A DNA stretch of 39,893 bases, taken from IMG/VR virus record IMGVR_UViG_3300032024_000094, positions 1 through 39,893 of that record. One strand, written 5' to 3'. Of this stretch, positions 7,382-16,234 are shown in pieces. Position numbers and translations under genes: made by a program. The notes below the pieces were generated by a model. That model was not told the DNA's origin and did no database searches. It was given only the letters and a program-made list of their open reading frames with translations. How positions within the stretch are numbered: the stretch's first letter is position 1; each line of letters opens with the position of its first letter. Source of the DNA: a virus (lineage: Duplodnaviria; Caudoviricetes).

Positions 7382-8260
7382 CTACTGCAGTGTCCTTCGC
7401 AGCGTCAGCTCGACGCCGATCAGCAGCCCGGGGCTGGTGTTGGTGTCTGTCAGCCCCGAGACCTGCAGCGGGTCTCGGCTGAACTTGGCGTGCATGAGTT
7501 CTCCTGCTGCGCATGTCGATGCAGTAACCCCCGTGTCGCTTGCCGTGTTTGCCAAGTAGGCGGTCGTCGCCTTCCCGGCGTCGCTGACGCAGTTTGCGGC
7601 AGCCGGGTCGGGAAATGTGGCGCCCGTTGTCCCGTCATCCTCGCCATCCGCGACGCACACGATCTGCGTACACCAGACAACCGGATCGGTGCTCGTCCCG
7701 GCGTCCTGCCAGTTGTAGACAACGTCGATCGCCCCAGTCCAGTCTGCGGGGAGTTTTATTGTCACCTGGGCGCTCTGGGCGGCCGTCGCGGAGAACGACA
7801 GCACGCCCTTCGTCACGCCGTTGCTGCCGGTGACGCATTCGGCGGTCGGCGCGGCGGCCGACGGCGTATCCATCGCGGGGGTTGCGGATGCGCCGTTGCA
7901 GCCCGCCGCAACGAGCGGGAGCGTCACCTTGATGGGCGTCGGAATCGCGTCTGCGGTGTTCAGCTTCAGGCCCAGCGCCTCAGCGTTGACCAAGGCGTAC
8001 GCGCTGCCGTCGCAGGCGCAGTAGTTCGCACTTGCCCCCGCGACGGAACAGGAGCCGACCGCTGTCGCTTGGACGTAGTAGATCGTGCGCCCGGCGCCGG
8101 CTGCAGCACAGGAAGGAAGGGACGCCGGGCTGGCGACGGTCTTCACCGCGCCGCCGAAGTCTCTGTTCACACCAAAGGACGCATCTGCCGCCGTGAGCCC
8201 CAGGGAAAGGGCCACGGCCAGAGAGACCGAGAATCGAATGAGATTGTGGTTTTTCATCAT
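7382..8260 (-). CDS. Signal-peptide-bearing tail-fibre-like protein
   Basis: Start MMKNHNLIRFSVSLAVALSLGLTAADA|S with AGGAG RBS; 292 aa, 10 Cys; 'LPSC..G..YV..CACDG' and 'LPADWTG..W..VVW..DGE' segments resemble phage fibre domains. Confidence 0.65.
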   Translation of the reverse strand: MMKNHNLIRFSVSLAVALSLGLTAADASFGVNRDFGGAVKTVASPASLPSCAAAGAGRTIYYVQATAVGSCSVAGASANYCACDGSAYALVNAEALGLKLNTADAIPTPIKVTLPLVAAGCNGASATPAMDTPSAAAPTAECVTGSNGVTKGVLSFSATAAQSAQVTIKLPADWTGAIDVVYNWQDAGTSTDPVVWCTQIVCVADGEDDGTTGATFPDPAAANCVSDAGKATTAYLANTASDTGVTASTCAAGELMHAKFSRDPLQVSGLTDTNTSPGLLIGVELTLRRTLQ

Positions 8261-8279
8261 GGCCGCGGCTCCTTGGTTT

Positions 8280-8735
8280 CTAGTTCGCGTCTGCCCACGT
8301 CCCGGTCGCCGGGAAGCGCGGGTACCACACGCCAGCAGCGGCAGCATTGACTCCGACGATCGTCAGAGAAGACGCCGCAGTCGTGGTCTGGGCAGAGTCG
8401 TCCACGGTGTCCGTGACGATCGAGATGGTGTCGCCGTCGATCGGGTTCACGTTGACCTGCGCGGTGCCGATGATGTTCACGAAGGTGAACTGGCAGCCGA
8501 CCTTCGCCTTCGGAAGATTGAAGGTCTGGTGGTCCGTCGCGCCCGCGCTGAGCAGGATGTACGCCTTGCCGCAATCCTTCGAGGTCAGCGTTCGTGTGGC
8601 CGCGGCCGTTGCGGCGATGACGACGGTGTCCTTGCTGCGGTTGACCACGTAGCCAGACTCCGCGAAGGCGGAGCCCGGGAGGGCAATGGCGCACAGTGCC
8701 AGCAGTGCCAGCAGATGATTCCTGAAGCTCTTCAC
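8280..8735 (-). CDS. Signal-peptide-bearing small tail-fibre-like beta protein
   Basis: 151 aa; signal peptide MKSFRNHLLALLALCAIALPGSAFA|E; 'TLTSKDCGK..TFNLPKAKVGCQFTF..VNPIDGDTI' resembles a common fibre module; start overlaps the terminase stop. Confidence 0.7.
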   Translation of the reverse strand: MKSFRNHLLALLALCAIALPGSAFAESGYVVNRSKDTVVIAATAAATRTLTSKDCGKAYILLSAGATDHQTFNLPKAKVGCQFTFVNIIGTAQVNVNPIDGDTISIVTDTVDDSAQTTTAASSLTIVGVNAAAAGVWYPRFPATGTWADAN

Positions 8736-10417
8736 TAAAAGTTCTCCTTGAGGACAGATGCCGCAGTCCAGCGGGGCTTCGCCCGGCCTTCCTTGCGGTC
8801 GATGGTGTTCAAGAACTCCTGCAACTGCTGGTTCAGCAGCTCGGATTCTCGCGTTGCAATCTGCTCATCCACATTTGCGGCGAGCTGCGTTGACCAATAC
8901 TGCACGGCCATGGCCAGTGCGTCCAGCTCGTCATCGTGGCGCAGTGCGCCGCGGTCGCGGGTGATCCGCGTGAGCTGGTAGAACAGCTGCCGGTACAGTT
9001 CCGGGTTCATGTCGTGGTCTCTGCGAATGAGGCGCTGGTCAACGACGAGCTTGTGGCTGTTCAGCACCGGCTCCAACACGTCGCAGATTCTGAGTTCCTT
9101 CTGGCCGACGCTCCGCACTTCCTCGATCGTGACAGCGTGGTGTGCTCTCAGCACGGGCTTCCACAATTCGACGAACATCCCGCCGCCGTAGTTCTCTTCG
9201 ACGACGATCCGGTTCACCTTGTAGCGCGCAGCGACCTTGGAGAGCTTGGTGAGCGTGGAGAGCGAGAAGCCGTCCGAATACCCACCAGCGTCCAAAAGGA
9301 AAAGCTGGCTGTGGAGCAAACCGAGGACTGCGTAGCCTGTGCGGTCCTTCCCTCTTCCCGAGGGGTCGACCGCCATGACGATGCCAGTGTAGGGGCTCAG
9401 TTCCTGCGACGCGTGGAATGGCCGGTAGTACCGATCTCCCGCCAGCGCAACGACGGGGAGGTCTTGAATGATGTGGTGCGGCGCGCTGCTCCACACCACC
9501 CGGTTCGGGGCGACCTCGGGATCGAGGTCCATCACGCAGAGGTCGCTGATCTTTAGCGGGTAGCGATCGAGGTCCGCGAGCGTGGTGTCGAGCATGAACT
9601 GCAGCGCGAAGCCGGACTTGCCGTAGCTGGCCTCGCGCTCTAGGAGATCTTCGTCGCTGAACCGCTTGGGATCGGTGGGCTGGCCGGGCTTGGCGACGCC
9701 TCGGTCGAGATCGTCCTGCAGCATGGGGGACAGCATCCCACCGTATCCATCCCGTTGTTTGTCTGTGGGATATCGTGCGGGCCAGATGCGCATTGCGTAC
9801 CCGCGAGAGGGGAGCTTGGAGTACAGCGTCTCCTCGGACTGGTCGGTCCCGAGGTAGACGATCTGCCCGTCCGGCTTGAGCACCGCGTCGAATTCTTTCA
9901 CCAGATCGGAGAGCTTCTCTCGCTTGAGCTGGGTCTCGGAGTTGTTCACCACTTCAACGTCGTCTGCGATGACGAGGTCGGCGCGGCTCCCGGTGATCTG
10001 CCCCGTGACCCCGGTGCTCTTGACCGAGGGGGCGTGATCCGCCTCGGCGGGGGCCACGTCGAACGAGATGTTCGAGTCGCGCTGCCCTGGCCGGGGGCGC
10101 AGGTGCTGGAGGACTGGGATCTCGGAGATCAGCCGCTTGGTGAAGATTGAGAACTCGTCCGCCCGGGGCTTCGACGCCGAGATGACGAGGATGTTGATCT
10201 GCGGGGTCTTCAGAAGTCGCCAACAAGCATAGGCGGAGGTGATCCAGCTTTTGCCAACTCCTCGAAACGCCTTCGCCATTCGGCGGCGTGGGCCATGTTG
10301 CAGGTAATGTGCGATGTCGAGTTGCACGCGCGTCGGGGCAGGCAGAGACAGGTGTGCCCAGACGACGAAGAGGAACTTGCGGAAGTCGGCGAGGACTGCG
10401 TCGAGTTCCTCACTCAA
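8735..10417 (-). CDS. terL: Terminase large subunit (T7 gp19-like)
   Basis: AFRGVGKSWIT Walker A, GSRADLVIADDVE Walker B, DPSGRGKD nuclease motif, HDDELDALA. Confidence 0.97.
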   Translation of the reverse strand: MSEELDAVLADFRKFLFVVWAHLSLPAPTRVQLDIAHYLQHGPRRRMAKAFRGVGKSWITSAYACWRLLKTPQINILVISASKPRADEFSIFTKRLISEIPVLQHLRPRPGQRDSNISFDVAPAEADHAPSVKSTGVTGQITGSRADLVIADDVEVVNNSETQLKREKLSDLVKEFDAVLKPDGQIVYLGTDQSEETLYSKLPSRGYAMRIWPARYPTDKQRDGYGGMLSPMLQDDLDRGVAKPGQPTDPKRFSDEDLLEREASYGKSGFALQFMLDTTLADLDRYPLKISDLCVMDLDPEVAPNRVVWSSAPHHIIQDLPVVALAGDRYYRPFHASQELSPYTGIVMAVDPSGRGKDRTGYAVLGLLHSQLFLLDAGGYSDGFSLSTLTKLSKVAARYKVNRIVVEENYGGGMFVELWKPVLRAHHAVTIEEVRSVGQKELRICDVLEPVLNSHKLVVDQRLIRRDHDMNPELYRQLFYQLTRITRDRGALRHDDELDALAMAVQYWSTQLAANVDEQIATRESELLNQQLQEFLNTIDRKEGRAKPRWTAASVLKENF

Positions 10418-10710
10418 TTCATGCCTTCGCGCATCCTGCGCTCCAGCTCTTCGTCGGAAGGCATCGCCTGCGCAAGTGCGCGGAGGCCGGGGCTCGTCTG
10501 CAGGTCGGCCGAGATCGCGTTGTCATGCAGGAACGCCCGGGCGACGTTGAGGATCGCTGCGCCGGGAGAGACGGTGACCTTCTCTACGCCGGCCTCGCCG
10601 CGCACGGCCACCGTGCTGCCCTCGCGGATCTGCTTGGCAAGCTCGTGAGCCAGCGCGCCGTGAAGCGCACTCAGCGCCGCGATGGTTGCCTTGTCATTGG
10701 TGTCTGTCAT
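10414..10710 (-). CDS. terS: Terminase small subunit (T7 gp18-like)
   Basis: 98 aa; 'LSALH..LA..L' and 'AAILNVARAFLHDNAI' motifs; directly upstream of terL. Confidence 0.8.
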   Translation of the reverse strand: MTDTNDKATIAALSALHGALAHELAKQIREGSTVAVRGEAGVEKVTVSPGAAILNVARAFLHDNAISADLQTSPGLRALAQAMPSDEELERRMREGMN

Positions 10711-10719
10711 GTTGCTCTT

Positions 10720-11073
10720 TCAGTTCAGCAGGGCTGTGCAGAGCGCGGGGTCCGCGTAGCCAGGGTCGAGGCCGTACACCCAGTCGCTGGCTGGGCCGTC
10801 GCCGACGCACCGCACGCGGAGGTTCGCCACGTCCCACTGGTTCGGGAAGACGACACAGGCGCCGCGCGGGACGAGGCCATATGCCGGATGGACGTAACAC
10901 TGCACCTCCACCGGGAGGCATGTTTCACTCCACAGGAGCTGCTCTACCTCGATCATCGCGCCGGCCGGGCAGTTGCCGAGCGGAAAGTAGACCGTGGTGG
11001 GCACGGCGGTGTCGTCGCAGTCTGCGCCGGCCACGATGATCAGCAGAGCAAGGGCGCAGGCTGCGCGGCGCAC
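10720..11073 (-). CDS. Exported or lipoprotein-like Cys-rich protein in the lysis region
   Basis: GTG start at 11073 overlaps the upstream stop; MRRAACALALLIIVAGADC N-terminus; six further Cys. Confidence 0.6.
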   Translation of the reverse strand: MRRAACALALLIIVAGADCDDTAVPTTVYFPLGNCPAGAMIEVEQLLWSETCLPVEVQCYVHPAYGLVPRGACVVFPNQWDVANLRVRCVGDGPASDWVYGLDPGYADPALCTALLN

Positions 11074-11363
11074 TAGAAGACGCCCATCGTGAGATAGGCC
11101 CACGCAGCCTTGATTGCCGCGCCGCCGACTCCCGTGAGGACGTCGAACACGCCGGAGACGATGTTGCCACCCTCGATGGAGGTGCATTCGGACGTGGGGG
11201 TCTTGATGATCAGGCCTGTTTCACCGACCGGCTTGCACCATTCCAGCTTGGCGCCTTCGCCAAACGCGTATCCTTCGAGGAGGCCGTCTGGCGACACTCG
11301 ACCAACTGCACACCCGCTGAGGGTGAGACAGATGGCAAGTGTCGCCAGGAGGCAACGAATCAC
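11073..11363 (-). CDS. Lipoprotein with C-terminal hydrophobic segment (candidate unimolecular spanin)
   Basis: Lipobox LSG|C after a hydrophobic stretch; C-terminus VSGVFDVLTGVGGAAIKAAWAYLTMGVF; follows holin-like genes. Confidence 0.6.
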   Translation of the reverse strand: MIRCLLATLAICLTLSGCAVGRVSPDGLLEGYAFGEGAKLEWCKPVGETGLIIKTPTSECTSIEGGNIVSGVFDVLTGVGGAAIKAAWAYLTMGVF

Positions 11364-11530
11364 TTCGGGGTGGCCTTGATGTGGGCGATCAGGTTGACCA
11401 CCTGGGCGACGAGGGCGACGGCCGCCGCGAGGACGGACTCACTGCCGGCGGGGATAACGCCCGTGCTCACCAGGGCCACGACGGCCGAGGTGAAGAGGTT
11501 GATGCCGATCTTGACGAACTTGTTGTCCAT
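11360..11530 (-). CDS. Putative holin (56 aa, two transmembrane segments)
   Basis: Manual translation MDNKFVKIGINLFTSAVVALVSTGVIPAGSESVLAAAVALVAQVVNLIAHIKATPK; GGAG RBS; GTGA overlap with the next gene; T7 gp17.5 position. Confidence 0.6.
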   Translation of the reverse strand: MDNKFVKIGINLFTSAVVALVSTGVIPAGSESVLAAAVALVAQVVNLIAHIKATPK

Positions 11531-11537
11531 TGCTCTC

Positions 11538-11774
11538 CTAGAGGTGCTTGAGGATGTAGTTTGCGATGAGGGCCGAAACGGCCGAAGCCGCAGCGATCCA
11601 TCCTGCCACCTTCGAGCGATACCGCTCTAGGCTGGCGATTTTCTCGGTGTGCTCCTTGCGATCCTTCGCACACGACGCGCCCGCGCTGAGAACGTCTTCC
11701 AGCTTCCCCTCGATTCTCCCGAGGGAGCGCTGGATCTCGTTGATCGTCGCGGCTTCCGTTGTGGGCTCTACCAT
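11538..11774 (-). CDS. Coiled-coil plus C-terminal transmembrane protein (holin-associated, XhlA-like)
   Basis: Start MVEPTT at 11774 (TGATG overlap with gp16); 'LGRIEGKLE' coiled coil, then hydrophobic VAGWIAAASAVSALIANYIL. Confidence 0.65.
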   Translation of the reverse strand: MVEPTTEAATINEIQRSLGRIEGKLEDVLSAGASCAKDRKEHTEKIASLERYRSKVAGWIAAASAVSALIANYILKHL

Positions 11775-14700
11775 CAGTTCCCCCCGACGCCCAGCATGAA
11801 CTGAGACCACGGATTGCTGGGATCGGCGGGCGCGTTGTCATCAGACACGAGCTGCTTGTTCATTTGGATGTCCTGCGCCTTCTTTGTGATCGCGGCCTGC
11901 AGTGTGGGGTCTGTCTGGATCAGGATGCTGCGGGCGATGTTGATCCGGCGCTCGAACACGTCAGAGATCATCTGCCGCTTGAGGCCCCAATCCTCTTTCT
12001 CCCTGCCGCCCTCGGGAATCACCGACCAGCCCGGTGTGGTTACCATCGTGTTCCACTCATCCTTGATGTCCTGCCCGGATACCGGGCCGGCCTTCAGGGC
12101 CAGGTGGATCAGCGCAGACCGCTGGTCTGGTGTGAGCGTGATTCCCTTGAGCTGTCGGAAGCGATCCATCGAGAGTGGTAGTTCCAGTCTGGCAACCTCC
12201 TGCTCGATGGGCGTGGGCGGCGCATCCATGTGCGCCCAGTATGGGTTGATCACCTTCATCGAAATCCCGGGCGTGGGGTCGATGGGGTCACCGAAGATGT
12301 TCCTCTTCGAGTTGACACCGTCTTCCATCCAGGGGGTCTTCGAGGCGATGTAGCTCCCGATCGAGGCGAGGATCTGCATGTGGCCGTCTTCGTCGCGGAC
12401 CTTCCAGTCCTTGACCGTCTCGCCCTCGCTTGTGAGAGTCATCATGTCGGTGCGCAGGCCGGCGAACGGAATGAAGCTATTCGCTGTCGACGCGGCGAAG
12501 TTGAGCATGTTTCGATCGGGGTCGGAGATGGCGTCCGTGAGACCAGAGATCCCCTTCAAGTAGGTCTTGTTGGAGATGGTCTTCGTGAGCCCGGTGAGCA
12601 TTGTCCACCCAAGCTCCTCCCAGTCCTTGTCCTCGATGTCCCCGAAACCTTGGGAGATGTCTCCCATGATCCCGAGGTACAGCCCGATGGGATCGGCGCG
12701 ATTGAAGATCAGGTAGTGCGGAGCGCCGCCAAGACTGATCTTGATGGAGTTGGGGATCTTTCCGTCTGCGAGCCACGCGGCCTTCTTGATCGGGTCCGAG
12801 GGGCCCTGTCCGACCAACACGCCGTTCTGGGCCGCAGTAAGGGCTGCCGCCAGGAAGGACGTGCCGATCATCATCTTGCCGTACACCTCGGTCATCTTCT
12901 CCGGCCCAAGGGCGCCGGACATGGCCTTCCAGTTGTCGCGCATTACCAGCCCGAGGGGGCTTCGGTTAGCGCCCCAGCGGATGATGTTCGTCGGTGTGCG
13001 GACGAACGGAAGCGCGAACTTCAGCATCGGGTGGTGGTAGGTAACGTTCTGGACTGTCTTGCCGAAACCGACGAGGGGGTTCTGGAACGTGTTCTCCAGC
13101 CCAACACCCTTTGCGGTCTTCTCCAGCGCAGCGAGCCGTTCGGGAGGCGCGTTCTGGAGCCAGTTGTCCATCCACGCCCGCAGGTTCTCGTGGGGCACCC
13201 CGGCTTCCCGGGCTGCTCCGCGAGCGGCAGCCTGCATCTCTGCCATGTAGGAGAGGTTGTAGAACATCGCGTCCGCGGTTGTGAGCAGGCGGCTGGGCAT
13301 CCGTGTGACGGTCCCAGCGAAATCAACCCACTTCGCCATGTCAGAGAAGCGGGTGTCAGCGACCAGCGCGCCAGTGATGGCGTTCTGGCCGGAGCGATGC
13401 AGGATGTCCTGGCCCACCCCGCCGTGCAGTGCCTGCCCGGTCCTGAGTGCGGTGTACGTGTCTTTCCATACACCGGCATTGCCAGAAGCGAGAAGGCTCT
13501 CGTCAACCCGCATCCCGAACAGCCGACCAAACATCCGCCCGCCAGCGACGATGGTATCCATGTACGACGAGTACCGGTCCATCGTCTGGTGGTAGGCCAA
13601 TGCCGAACCAGCAGCCCAACCCTCGCTGCGGATCGCCAGCGGGAGGGAGATCAGCCCCTTCTCGATGGGCGACCACAGAGCAATGCTGGCATTGGAGACG
13701 TTGTTGACGATGTTCGTCTTTACTCCGCTGAGAATCCCGTTGACGAACACCTCGTAGGCGACGTGCCGAATCTTGATCTTGGACGCTTCCTTGATCACGC
13801 CGGTCGCGTCGGGAGCGGCGGCAATTCGCTTTGCGAGTCGGCGGGCGCCGCCGCGGCTTCCGATGGTCTCTTCGAGAGCCACGGTGTCGAGCGAGGGAGT
13901 CTTGTACCCGCTCCGCATGGCCTCTCGCCGCATGCTCAGGGCTCGGGCGATGTTCGTCTGGGTTCCCTTGAGAAGCTGCATGACGCCCAGTGTCTTCTTC
14001 GCGAGGTCGACGAAGCGCGCCACGTCGTCAGCGTTGGGCTCTTCCACGTCGATCTTCACAGCGAGGATCTTGAGCTGCTCAGCCATTCCGCCCATGTAGG
14101 CTTCCATGGCCTGCATCATGTGCCCGGCGTTTCGCGTGGCACTCAGCATCCACCGACCACCAGAGGCGATCTTGTCGCCGCCCATGTCGATCAGGTTGTT
14201 GATGATCCCGCGCGACTGCGCGAAGGTCTCCGTGCCGCCGGTAACGGCGGGGAAGCGGGCCTCGTAGAGCTTCCCAAGGGCCTGCATGTGTTCAACGATC
14301 CCAGCAGGATCGTCGCCCATGATGGAGTAGTTGAACAGCCGCCCCGCTTCCTTTGCCGCAGCCGCGGGGCCCTGGGTATGGAGGATGTCGAGGTACTGTT
14401 CAACCTCGGGCTGGCCCATCTTCGGGGACCTCAGCGCAGCGGTGTAGGTATCCTTGATGCCGAAGGTGCGGACGGCCGTGGGAGCAAACGAGTCTGTCGC
14501 TGTGGCGGCGGCGGCCGATGCGGGCTTGGCGGCCTTGGTTTCGGCAGTGCCAGTGACAGCGGCGGGCTCGGCGCCCTTTGCGGCCGCAGCGGGCTCTGCC
14601 GGCGGCGGTGTGCCCAGTTCGTTGTGGACGATCTTGGGCTCGAGGAACCCGGTGTCGGCGTCACGCTCCCACTGGATGTCGTGCGTCGCAATGATCTTGT

Positions 14701-16219
14701 TGGTGTCCGCGTTCAGCTCGGCCTTGCGGGCCTCAACGGCAATCAGGCGCTCGTTGGTCTGCGCCGCCAGTGCGCGCTGGGCCATGAGGGCGTCGATGTT
14801 CCTTCGTTCGTCTGCGACGATGTCGGCAACCGTGCCGCCGCCCGCATTCGCAAGGCGCTGTCGCACGAACTTGGGGATCTCTCCACCCTCCAGAACGTGT
14901 CGCTCCAGGCGATCCTGCACCAGCGGGGGAAGGTTCTTCCACTCGGCCGTGTTCTTGAGCGCCGCATACCGGGCGTAAACCCGCACCAGGGCCTCTTCGT
15001 GTGCCAAGTGCTGTGCGCTACCAGACTTCAGCAGGGCGCGAAGGTTCCCGTTCGGATCTGTGGTTGCGAGTTCCTTGGTGAGGGCTGCGGTTTCTGCCGC
15101 GTTCTTTGCAAGGGGGGCCGCAAACAGCTCTCCCTGCGCGACGCTCTCCGCGACCTTGCCCTTCGCGGTGTTCACGAAGTCCAGGGAGTGCTGGTGCCCA
15201 ATCTGCGCTTCGATCACATCCCCAACGACCTCGGTGACCGTGGCGCTGGGAACGGTGGCAGTTCCGGTCTCCTTGGCGACAGCCTTCCAGCCGGAATACT
15301 TCTGCTTGGCCCACTTCGCGCTGCGAAACAGTCCGCCCGCGAGGACGCCAAGGCCGGCGTTTTCGATGGCCGAGGCGAGGTACAGCTCCGCGAGGGAGTC
15401 CTCCTTGTCGGAGGCGAGGAAGTTCAGGACGGGGTTGTCTACCTTGGAGTAGTCTCGGACGAGGTTGGCGATTCGCTCGTCGTGCGGGTCGAAGGACACT
15501 ACGCCGGAAACGAGGCCGGCCGTGCCGTTCGAGAGAATCCACTGCCCGGCCTTCGAGGCGGTTAGCAGGGCGGCGCGGGCCTCCACCGCGGCGACAGCGG
15601 GGCCGGCGCCGAGGACCGTGGGTGCCAGGATCTGACCGAGCCCGTGCGTGAGCGATCCGACGAACGAGAGCGGTTTCAGGAAGTCCGACTTCCCGATGGC
15701 AATGAGTGCCTCCGCGTCGGCGTTGAGCCCGGCCAACCCGGGGGACACGGCCGCCAGGAATGCGGGGTCGAGCTTCTGCCCGCCGATCATCTCCGGAATC
15801 TTGCCGGGGATCGAGAGGATGTTTCCAAGCCCCTCGGCAACGCCACCGAGGGGGCTGGGAACGGCGGCGTTCCATACCTTGTGGAAGAACCCCGCCTCTT
15901 CGTCCTTGGAAGGCTTGGGAGCGAACTCTCCTCCACCCGCCCCAGGCATCTGCATGTCCAGCATGCGCTGGAACGCCTCATCGTGGGCGCCCGAGACCGC
16001 CGAGGGTGCGCGGGCAGCCATGTCGGGCACTGCCGCCGCCGTCGGCTCGGGGGGTGCGGGGGCGGCGGCCTGGTCGGCCTCTTCAGCCGAATCCTCAGCC
16101 CGCATCTGCTCGACCTGGGTCTCGATCGACCGGAGCCGTTCGTCGGCCATGTCGGCAGAGCTTCTCTCTCGGTACAGGAGCCCGGTGTCGTTTTCAGACG
16201 GCGGTGTGGGTTGAGCCAT
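11774..16219 (-). CDS. Internal virion (ejection) protein, T7 gp16-like
   Basis: 1481 aa alpha-helical protein in the gp16 position; C-terminal PFVRTPTNI, RADP and NKTYLKG motifs typical of this class. Confidence 0.85.
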   Translation of the reverse strand: MAQPTPPSENDTGLLYRERSSADMADERLRSIETQVEQMRAEDSAEEADQAAAPAPPEPTAAAVPDMAARAPSAVSGAHDEAFQRMLDMQMPGAGGGEFAPKPSKDEEAGFFHKVWNAAVPSPLGGVAEGLGNILSIPGKIPEMIGGQKLDPAFLAAVSPGLAGLNADAEALIAIGKSDFLKPLSFVGSLTHGLGQILAPTVLGAGPAVAAVEARAALLTASKAGQWILSNGTAGLVSGVVSFDPHDERIANLVRDYSKVDNPVLNFLASDKEDSLAELYLASAIENAGLGVLAGGLFRSAKWAKQKYSGWKAVAKETGTATVPSATVTEVVGDVIEAQIGHQHSLDFVNTAKGKVAESVAQGELFAAPLAKNAAETAALTKELATTDPNGNLRALLKSGSAQHLAHEEALVRVYARYAALKNTAEWKNLPPLVQDRLERHVLEGGEIPKFVRQRLANAGGGTVADIVADERRNIDALMAQRALAAQTNERLIAVEARKAELNADTNKIIATHDIQWERDADTGFLEPKIVHNELGTPPPAEPAAAAKGAEPAAVTGTAETKAAKPASAAAATATDSFAPTAVRTFGIKDTYTAALRSPKMGQPEVEQYLDILHTQGPAAAAKEAGRLFNYSIMGDDPAGIVEHMQALGKLYEARFPAVTGGTETFAQSRGIINNLIDMGGDKIASGGRWMLSATRNAGHMMQAMEAYMGGMAEQLKILAVKIDVEEPNADDVARFVDLAKKTLGVMQLLKGTQTNIARALSMRREAMRSGYKTPSLDTVALEETIGSRGGARRLAKRIAAAPDATGVIKEASKIKIRHVAYEVFVNGILSGVKTNIVNNVSNASIALWSPIEKGLISLPLAIRSEGWAAGSALAYHQTMDRYSSYMDTIVAGGRMFGRLFGMRVDESLLASGNAGVWKDTYTALRTGQALHGGVGQDILHRSGQNAITGALVADTRFSDMAKWVDFAGTVTRMPSRLLTTADAMFYNLSYMAEMQAAARGAAREAGVPHENLRAWMDNWLQNAPPERLAALEKTAKGVGLENTFQNPLVGFGKTVQNVTYHHPMLKFALPFVRTPTNIIRWGANRSPLGLVMRDNWKAMSGALGPEKMTEVYGKMMIGTSFLAAALTAAQNGVLVGQGPSDPIKKAAWLADGKIPNSIKISLGGAPHYLIFNRADPIGLYLGIMGDISQGFGDIEDKDWEELGWTMLTGLTKTISNKTYLKGISGLTDAISDPDRNMLNFAASTANSFIPFAGLRTDMMTLTSEGETVKDWKVRDEDGHMQILASIGSYIASKTPWMEDGVNSKRNIFGDPIDPTPGISMKVINPYWAHMDAPPTPIEQEVARLELPLSMDRFRQLKGITLTPDQRSALIHLALKAGPVSGQDIKDEWNTMVTTPGWSVIPEGGREKEDWGLKRQMISDVFERRINIARSILIQTDPTLQAAITKKAQDIQMNKQLVSDDNAPADPSNPWSQFMLGVGGN

Positions 16220-16234
16220 GCTATTCCTTGTTGC

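Noticed and set aside
7521-7529. GCAGTAACC partial match to the phage promoter core
   Set aside because: Only 9 bp, inside a CDS, and the flanks do not match; plausible by chance.
12230-15565. 1111-aa plus-strand ORF, and similar ones at 19297-20916, 22239-24065 and 6420-7559
   Set aside because: Antisense shadows of well-supported minus-strand genes. High GC3 suppresses stops on the opposite strand, and the translations have no motifs.
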